Below are positions 17,725 to 24,228 of a DNA stretch of 24,228 bases, piece after piece. How positions within the stretch are numbered: position 1 is the stretch's first letter; every line of letters starts with the position of its first letter. The notes below the pieces were generated by a model. That model was not told the DNA's origin, did no database searches, and saw only the letters and a program-made list of their open reading frames with translations. The position numbers and the translations under genes are program-made. The stretch lies in contig JAWXCN010000085.1 in NCBI GenBank assembly GCA_034408725.1, positions 1-24,228 of the forward strand, given 5' to 3'. Origin of the DNA: Candidatus Hydrogenedentota bacterium (GTDB lineage Bacteria > Hydrogenedentota > Hydrogenedentia > Hydrogenedentales > SLHB01).

Positions 17725-20045
17725 CGAATCCGCCTCCGCAGCAACACAAGTGCGAACACGAGCATAGCCACCAGCGTCAGGCTCGACACCACCAGTCCAA
17801 TCCGAAATGACGCCGGATGGTACGTAAACTCTACGCGATGCGGGCCGCCTTCCAAGAACACGCCGCGGAATGCATGGTAAACCGGAAAGATGTTTGCAGG
17901 TTTTCCATCAATCGTGGCCTTCCATCCGGGATAGTACGCATCGGCCAACACCAACAACGAATCCCCGTTCGCTTGCACATCGAGCACGACGCGCGTGCTA
18001 GAGTACGCAGAAATTCTCGCATCGCCCTGCGGCGCGTCCTCGCTCAGCGCGGGAATTCCTTCCGGCAGGTCGGCTTGCAATGCGAGCGCCACTGAGTCCG
18101 GCGTGAACGATTCACTGCGCATGATTTCGAGCATTTTTTCAGTCGAGTCGAGAAGTTCGAGCCGGCCGACCAACCGGGCACGCGGCAATGCGCGAAGGTT
18201 TCGATAGACCGCAAGACCATCGCGCTCCGTCATATATTCGAACCATTCCGGATGCTCGTCCAATGGAAACAGTGGCGGATACCCCCTGTCGTGCAAATAA
18301 TATTCGTTGGAATAGAGCGGCTCCGCGGCTATCCAAACGTCCGTGGCCAGCTTTGTCTGAAATGTCTTTATCCGCGCGGGATAAAGCCCATCATATCCAA
18401 GCCACTCTTCGATGCCGTACGGCGAAAAGGTGCCGGACACCACGCCGCCTTCCCCGATTCCGAATCGGGTGGGTACGGGAAACTCCTGAAGATATTTCGT
18501 TAGCGCCGTATCGGGGAAGACGTCCTGCTTACGCATGGCCGGATTCATACCGAGGTTTGCGATGAGCAAATCAACGGAAAGCGCCGCGACCAGCAACGCC
18601 GCAACCAGCCCCGCCCTGCGCTCGAGGTTTCCCACGACAACAACCGCGAGCATCATGACCGCGAGCAGTATCGCAATGACAATCTGCCGGTTGACATAAT
18701 CAACGTGACCGCTCATCTCAATCACAGGCGCGTCGAAGGACATCAACGCAAGAATGAAAACAAGGGGGATGGCTAGCGCGGGTACGAGCGGCATCAGCCC
18801 GCGGACTGAACGCGGGGAAGTTAGCCACCGTTCAACGCCCCGAGCGCCGAACAGTATGGCCGCAAATACCGGAAATCCAACAAAATAGATTTTAAGGGTT
18901 GAACTAAACGGAGGAATCGCGTCGAAAAAGCGTAGTTCATCGATATCAATTGCGAGCAGCATGCAGGCAAGCGTCGCTCCGACCAGTGCCCAAAAATGCG
19001 CTCGGCCTTCCGTGGCCCGCAGCGGAAGCCCTCCGAACCATGCCATCGCCCATACGGGGAGGCCGGTGTAAAACATCATGATGATGTTTGAATTGAGAAG
19101 GCCGGCGCCCCAATACGTCGATTCAGGAAAGGTGCCATAGTACCTCGGTATCCAAAGCGCGCTCAGTGTGCTCGCGAGGATTGTCGGTTCGGAGATTCCC
19201 CCGTGGCGCACCGTATACGTCAGGCTCTGCCGGATGTATTCGACCAGCGGCAAAACCTGGACTGACGCGACGAGCAGCGCAACGACCCATGCGCACGCCA
19301 TTGTGCCGAGAGCCTTGGCCACCCGCTGCCGGTCCGACGCCAAGCCCGCAACACGAAGCAGAAAATACACGCCTACGCCGAACGCCATGGTGAACGCGGT
19401 TTCAGGATGACCCGCAAAAAGCATTAGCATGCCGGATACGGCTACGAGCGCTCCACCAACACGCCACCTCCCCTCCGCGACACGCTCCGTTCCGAGGAAC
19501 AACAACGGCAACCAGGCGGACACATCGGGCAAAGACCAATACGCCCAAACCATGTTGTAGCTGCACAACATCCACGCCACCGACGCAAAACGGGCCGCGT
19601 GCGTGCCCATGCGCAGGCCGCGCGCGCAAATGTACGCGGTTATTCCGCACAGCCACAATTTCAGGAGTATGTACAGCGATATCGCGGTTGAAAGATCGAA
19701 TACAGCATGCAGGAGCCGTGGCGGATAAAAGATCGCAGTCTGCGCGTTTGCAATCAGCGGCATGCCGGCGAGTTCATACCGGTTCCACAGCGGCCAGTTC
19801 CCCTCGTCGAATTCCATCTGCGTCAATGCGTAATAGGGATAAAATGCGGCGACAATATCGGGCATCAACCGATTGCTTGGCGCCTGCCAATCCTCCGGCA
19901 CATAGTTCGACCAAGGTTTGGATTGAAAAAGAATGTCCGCGGGCGACAGCACTTCGCCCCGGAGAAAGAAGCCCGGAAAGGCGAGCGCAAGCAACGCAAG
20001 CAACAGCAGACCCTGAATCGCGAATTCTCGTGCGTGCCGCTTCAT
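17721..20045 (-). CDS. YfhO-family multi-pass membrane protein (GT-C type glycosyltransferase)
   Basis: Motifs DIVAAFYPY, PLWNRYELAGMPLIANAQTAIFYP and AGHPE, many TM segments, and a C-terminal LVLADAYYPGWKATIDG...HRVEFTYHP. Confidence 0.88.
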   Translation of the reverse strand: MKRHAREFAIQGLLLLALLALAFPGFFLRGEVLSPADILFQSKPWSNYVPEDWQAPSNRLMPDIVAAFYPYYALTQMEFDEGNWPLWNRYELAGMPLIANAQTAIFYPPRLLHAVFDLSTAISLYILLKLWLCGITAYICARGLRMGTHAARFASVAWMLCSYNMVWAYWSLPDVSAWLPLLFLGTERVAEGRWRVGGALVAVSGMLMLFAGHPETAFTMAFGVGVYFLLRVAGLASDRQRVAKALGTMACAWVVALLVASVQVLPLVEYIRQSLTYTVRHGGISEPTILASTLSALWIPRYYGTFPESTYWGAGLLNSNIIMMFYTGLPVWAMAWFGGLPLRATEGRAHFWALVGATLACMLLAIDIDELRFFDAIPPFSSTLKIYFVGFPVFAAILFGARGVERWLTSPRSVRGLMPLVPALAIPLVFILALMSFDAPVIEMSGHVDYVNRQIVIAILLAVMMLAVVVVGNLERRAGLVAALLVAALSVDLLIANLGMNPAMRKQDVFPDTALTKYLQEFPVPTRFGIGEGGVVSGTFSPYGIEEWLGYDGLYPARIKTFQTKLATDVWIAAEPLYSNEYYLHDRGYPPLFPLDEHPEWFEYMTERDGLAVYRNLRALPRARLVGRLELLDSTEKMLEIMRSESFTPDSVALALQADLPEGIPALSEDAPQGDARISAYSSTRVVLDVQANGDSLLVLADAYYPGWKATIDGKPANIFPVYHAFRGVFLEGGPHRVEFTYHPASFRIGLVVSSLTLVAMLVFALVLLRRRIR

Positions 20046-20080
20046 GGTGTTGGGCGCCTACGTGCCGAAATCCGGCGCTA

Positions 20081-21388
20081 CTACTCCGGCAACGGTTTTC
20101 CGCGTGTTTCAGGCGCGAAGGGCAACACGATAAGACCCAGAAGGAACACAACGGACATGATTGTCGCGGACCACGCAATGCCGATCTGGGCGCTAAGAAT
20201 TCCAAATGTCCACGGACCTGAAATTGAAATGTAACGGGCAACGTTGTAGCAAAAGCCCGTGCCCGTCGCCCTGAGTCGCGTGGGGAACAACTCGGGGAAA
20301 TAGACGGCATATCCCCCGAAAAGTGAAGTGAGAAAGAAACCCATAACCGAGAGCATGACGAGCACAACCGTGGTCGAATCCGCCACGTTAAAGGTAAGCG
20401 GGACTATGATGGCGCAGGCCACAAAACTGATCGCGAACGTGGGCTTACGGCCAATGCGTTGCGCCAACCACGCCCACGCAAGGATTCCGAAAAATGCGCC
20501 GGCGTTCTGGACCATAATCGCGTAACTCGCGAATCTGTCCGCCTTGCCGCGCAACGCCTCGACCCCATCGGGATTTACGATGCCACGAAGAAAGTCGGAC
20601 GAGAAAGTGCCAATGCCCCAAAACCCAATAACGCCCACGGCGGCCAAACTCACGCCGACAATGGTATTTCGCCTCAACACCGGATCGGTGAACAGTCCCG
20701 TGATCGATCCAATCTTGATATCGGTATTTTTGGCTACTTCTTTCGCCGCATGCCACTGCTCCGGTTCTTTGACAAACAACCGGATGGCAAATACCAACAA
20801 GGCTGGGAAGAATCCCACGAAAAAGATGTACCGCCAACTGTCCGCGTCCGGCATGGCGGTGAACACCCACAAGCTGATAGCGCCCGCAAGAATGTTTCCA
20901 ATGGCCGAACACGCCTGCATGATGCCCAACGCAACGGGCCGCGCATGATCTGGAAACACTTCGGCCACCAGTGCCGCGCCCGCGGCGAATTCGCCGCCAA
21001 TGCCCAACCCGGTGAGAAAGCGGCACGCAGCAAACATTTCCCAAGTGGTCGACAATCCGCTCAACCCAGTAAATACGGCGTAAATCAGGACCGTGATCGC
21101 CATCGTTTTGGTACGGCCCAGTCGATCTCCGACCATGCCAAAGATAAAGCCGCCCGTCGCCCATCCGAAAATAAAAATGCCGTTGACTACGCCGCCGAGG
21201 AATTTTAGATGGTCTGGAGAAGCCGTTCCGCCGGCTAAATCCCTCAATGCCGGTTGCCGCGCGGCCACGTAGAGCCACTGGTCCATCGTATCGAACATCC
21301 ACCCGAGCGACACGACTGTGAGTACCAGCCAGTGGTACCCCGTCAACCCATCGGTCCATTTCTTCTTTCCGAATAGCACGTCTGTCAC
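20081..21388 (-). CDS. MFS transporter
   Basis: About 12 TM segments. Motif A GMVGDRLGRTK, RFLTGLGIGGEF, ELFPTRLRATG and PETRGK. GTG 21388 lies 8 nt after GAGGAG. Confidence 0.92.
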   Translation of the reverse strand: MTDVLFGKKKWTDGLTGYHWLVLTVVSLGWMFDTMDQWLYVAARQPALRDLAGGTASPDHLKFLGGVVNGIFIFGWATGGFIFGMVGDRLGRTKTMAITVLIYAVFTGLSGLSTTWEMFAACRFLTGLGIGGEFAAGAALVAEVFPDHARPVALGIMQACSAIGNILAGAISLWVFTAMPDADSWRYIFFVGFFPALLVFAIRLFVKEPEQWHAAKEVAKNTDIKIGSITGLFTDPVLRRNTIVGVSLAAVGVIGFWGIGTFSSDFLRGIVNPDGVEALRGKADRFASYAIMVQNAGAFFGILAWAWLAQRIGRKPTFAISFVACAIIVPLTFNVADSTTVVLVMLSVMGFFLTSLFGGYAVYFPELFPTRLRATGTGFCYNVARYISISGPWTFGILSAQIGIAWSATIMSVVFLLGLIVLPFAPETRGKPLPE

Positions 21389-21611
21389 TTCGCACACTCC
21401 TCGAGGGGATGATCTGGACCCCGTGGAAAATAAAGAATACGTTTGGCAGGTACAACGCCCAGCCCGGGCGACCCCCGTTTCCCCGCATGTCAGTGGTAAA
21501 GAGCCTAGTGTCTTTGCTCTGCGGATTCAAGGAAAACGAGCTTTTTATTTTTGCGAAATTGTGGGCAGCCAAATCGGTTACGATTGGCACGGCCGAAGGT
21601 CAACGGAGATC

Positions 21612-22172
21612 ATGGTGCGTTGTTTTATTGCGATTGAATTGCCAGAATCGATCCGGGCAGCCCTCGCTTGTTGGATTGAGCAACTGCGCACGACATCGAC
21701 TCGCGCGACCTGGGCCCGTGCGGAACATATGCACCTTACACTGCGTTTTTTGGGGAATGTGCCGGAGGATCAAATCTCTTCCATCGATGCGCAACTTCGC
21801 GCTAGCCTTATCACGGTTTCGCCATTCATGCTCTCGATCGGGGGCATCGGCGCGTTTCCCTCTCCCGCAAAGCCCAATGTTGTGTGGGCCGGCGTTCAGT
21901 CGCCGGATGGAACGCTGCTCAACTTGCAGTCTCTCTGCGAAAACGCTGCGCGTTCGGCCGGTTTGCCGCCCGAAACCCGCGCATTTCACCCTCACATTAC
22001 GCTGGCCCGCATCAAGGAGGCGGAACCGGCCACGCAATTGGCGTGCGCGATTGATGCCATGCGTGAACGCATGGTGGATGAATTCGAGGCAACAGCCGTG
22101 TCATTATTTGAAAGCAAACTTACCGCGCATGGACCTGTTCACACGCGGTTGCAGGAGTACCCATTCAAGTGA
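21612..22172 (+). CDS. thpR: RNA 2',3'-cyclic phosphodiesterase (2H phosphoesterase, LigT/ThpR)
   Basis: N-terminus MVRCFIAIELP and two HxT motifs (HLTLRFLG, FHPHITLAR). ATG follows GGAG. Confidence 0.92.
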   Translation: MVRCFIAIELPESIRAALACWIEQLRTTSTRATWARAEHMHLTLRFLGNVPEDQISSIDAQLRASLITVSPFMLSIGGIGAFPSPAKPNVVWAGVQSPDGTLLNLQSLCENAARSAGLPPETRAFHPHITLARIKEAEPATQLACAIDAMRERMVDEFEATAVSLFESKLTAHGPVHTRLQEYPFK

Positions 22173-22444
22173 ATCTTTCAGGACTCATCCTCGGCGCGGT
22201 TTACAGCGGCATCACCCTCTATATGTTGCTGGTGCTGCTGCGCTGGCTTGGACCCTATATTCAACTCGATTTTTATGATTCGCGCCTCCGCTGGATCGCT
22301 GCAATCGTGGACCCCTTGCTGCGCTTTATCCGGAAAATTGCCCCGGCCGTCGGTCCGGTAGACCTCGGCCCGCTGATCGCGCTGCTATTGCTATGGTTCG
22401 CCCGAACGGTCGCCGTGCGCGCGATTGCGGGCAGTCAGTTATAA
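22169..22444 (+). CDS. YggT family membrane protein
   Basis: 91 aa with Y..LVLLRWL, DPLLRFIRK and VDLGPLIA. GTGA overlap with the thpR stop. Confidence 0.85.
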   Translation: MNLSGLILGAVYSGITLYMLLVLLRWLGPYIQLDFYDSRLRWIAAIVDPLLRFIRKIAPAVGPVDLGPLIALLLLWFARTVAVRAIAGSQL

Positions 22445-22446
22445 CC

Positions 22447-23145
22447 ATGCCGCCATGGCCTGGCACAAGCGGCGGTGCAACGAATAGTGAGCCGGACGGG
22501 GAAGGAACCTATTCCACGGCTCGCAAACTCATGGTTGAAGGGCAATTGGCGGCCCGCAAAATTACCGATGACAGCGTATTGGCCGCAATGCGCGCCGTAC
22601 CACGCCACCGCTTCGTACCGCCCGCGCTATGGGAAGCCGCATACGAAGACCGGCCCCTCGATATCGGACAGGGCCAAACGATTTCCCAACCCTTCATGGT
22701 GGCGGCGATGACCCAGCTCCTCGAGTTGCAACCGGCGGACCGCGTGCTGGAAATCGGGACCGGCTCGGGCTACCAGACCGCCGTACTGGCAACCATCGCA
22801 CGGCACGTAACCACTATCGAGCGCATCGGCGCCCTGGCGCAATCCGCGGCCGAGACGTTGCATTCGCTTGGTTTCACAAACGTAAACTTTAGAATCGCCG
22901 ATGGTACGCTCGGCTTCGAGCCGGATGGGCCCTACGACGCAATCATCGTCACCGCGGCTGCCCCGTCCCTGCCCCTGGTGTTAAAACAACAACTGGCGGA
23001 CAGGGGACGTCTGGTTTGCCCGGTTGGCAACCGGAAGATACAACGTCTCGTGCGAGTCGTGCGCAACGGCAACTCTTTTCGCGAGCGGTTCGGCGTTGGA
23101 TGCGTTTTCGTGCCGCTGATCGGCGAGCATGGGTGGGGCGATTGA
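22447..23145 (+). CDS. pcm: Protein-L-isoaspartate(D-aspartate) O-methyltransferase
   Basis: Motifs VPRHRFV, AYEDRPLDIGQGQTISQP, VLEIGTGSGYQTAVL, PYDAIIVTAA and FVPLIG. Confidence 0.95.
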   Translation: MPPWPGTSGGATNSEPDGEGTYSTARKLMVEGQLAARKITDDSVLAAMRAVPRHRFVPPALWEAAYEDRPLDIGQGQTISQPFMVAAMTQLLELQPADRVLEIGTGSGYQTAVLATIARHVTTIERIGALAQSAAETLHSLGFTNVNFRIADGTLGFEPDGPYDAIIVTAAAPSLPLVLKQQLADRGRLVCPVGNRKIQRLVRVVRNGNSFRERFGVGCVFVPLIGEHGWGD

Positions 23146-23146
23146 C

Positions 23147-23968
23147 ATGACTCCGCACGCCGGAAGCGGGGATGCACCCCCCGTCCTCGCGCTCGAGAAC
23201 ATCCACTTCCTCAGAAACGGACGCCCAATATTACGCGACATTTCGTGGACGGTGCGACGCGGCGACCACTGGGCAGTGCTCGGCGCGAACGGCTCCGGAA
23301 AAACGACCCTCCTGAAAATCATCACCGGCTACGAATGGGCCAGCGAGGGTTCCGTCCGGGTCCTGGACCGGCAGTTTGGGCAAACAGACGTGCCCCGGCT
23401 GCGCAAGCTTATCGGCTGGGTGAGTTCATCGCTCGAACATCGGTTGCCGGGTCACGATCTGGGGATAAACGTGGTGATGTCCGGCGTAGATGCGTCACTT
23501 GGCGTGTATCGGCAATTCACGGACCACGAACGCGCCACCGCATACAGGGCTTTGGTCGCGGTCGGCGGCGACGGACTCGCCGAAAAACGCTACGGCGTGC
23601 TCTCGCAGGGCGAACAACAGCGCGTGTTGATAGCGCGCGCACTGGTGGCGCAACCGTCCCTCCTCATTCTCGATGAACCCTGCGCGGGCCTCGACCCCGC
23701 CGCGCGTTACCATTTCCTCTCTGACATGGCGCGCCTCGCCTCTTCACCTAACCCGCCAACCCTAATACTCGTCACCCACCATATTGAGGAAATTGGCCCC
23801 TGGATCAACCGAGTCCTTGTGCTGAAGCAAGGGCGGCTGCTCGCCCAAGGCAGTCCCGAATCCTGCTTGCGCGAAGACATCCTATCCGACGCTTTCTCGA
23901 TACCCTGCACGATCAAGAAGGATTCCGGCTTCTACCAACTACAAATACTGAATTCTAAGAGGCTCTAA
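23147..23968 (+). CDS. ABC transporter ATP-binding protein (YlmA/ModF-like orphan ATPase)
   Basis: Walker A GANGSGKT, signature LSQGEQQR, Walker B LLILDEP and H-loop VTHH. Confidence 0.92.
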   Translation: MTPHAGSGDAPPVLALENIHFLRNGRPILRDISWTVRRGDHWAVLGANGSGKTTLLKIITGYEWASEGSVRVLDRQFGQTDVPRLRKLIGWVSSSLEHRLPGHDLGINVVMSGVDASLGVYRQFTDHERATAYRALVAVGGDGLAEKRYGVLSQGEQQRVLIARALVAQPSLLILDEPCAGLDPAARYHFLSDMARLASSPNPPTLILVTHHIEEIGPWINRVLVLKQGRLLAQGSPESCLREDILSDAFSIPCTIKKDSGFYQLQILNSKRL

Positions 23969-24056
23969 CAAAACTTGCGCTTCTCTTTGCCCCGAAGGGG
24001 CATGGTCACCAGGGAAATCGCGTTTAAATCCCCAGGTAACTGGCGTAACGCCAAGA

Positions 24057-24188
24057 AAAGCGCTACTGTCGGGGAGTGTCCAAGGCGCTGTCCAAATTCC
24101 GCGCGCAGCGCCTTGGAGTGCGGCAGCGAGTAGCTGCCGCTTTCCATTTCCTGGGTGAGATAGCTTCGCAATTAAGCTCGGTTGCCCT
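24057..24188. repeat. REP-like cluster 4: degenerate reverse unit 24057-24090 and forward unit 24106-24143
   Basis: CAGCGCCTTGGAGTGCGGCAGC-GAGTA-GCTGCCGCTTT with an inverted TCCAAGGCGCTG upstream. Direct repeat of 70-163. Confidence 0.82.
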
Positions 24189-24228
24189 GCTTTCAGTTCG
24201 CGAGTCCTGAAGCCTTCAAATTTATTCG

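Noticed and set aside
23988-24053. Hairpins TGCCCC-GAA-GGGGCA and TGGCG-TAA-CGCCA as terminators
   Set aside because: Neither has a U-tract following it on the relevant strand.

Overview
GC-rich bacterial chromosomal segment with about 17 full-length genes. The GC-P lipoprotein and the BACON/PKD surface proteins hint at Ca. Hydrogenedentota or a similar lineage, but that is inference only. The genes are: a secreted M12B-type Zn-metalloprotease with five BACON repeats; a membrane TPR protein; a REC plus degenerate-GGDEF regulator; a sialate O-acetylesterase; a long acyl-CoA dehydrogenase; a frameshifted secreted hypothetical; a CaiB/BaiF CoA-transferase; two Gfo/Idh/MocA oxidoreductases; a PKD lipoprotein; a GT2-methyltransferase fusion; a YfhO-family GT-C protein; an MFS transporter; and a thpR-yggT-pcm-ABC ATPase operon. 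I found no rRNA, tRNA, CRISPR array, transposase or integrase. The most notable signals the ORF track misses are (1) two tandem paralogous 27-28 aa hydrophobic micro-proteins at 17512-17724, whose codons show purifying selection; (2) a REP/REPIN-like palindrome family, TTGGA(C/G)TGCGG...CCGCTTT, in four intergenic clusters, one of which abuts a headless gene fragment; (3) a protease apparently inserted inside an Ig-like domain; and (4) a catalytically dead GGDEF domain that keeps its c-di-GMP I-site.
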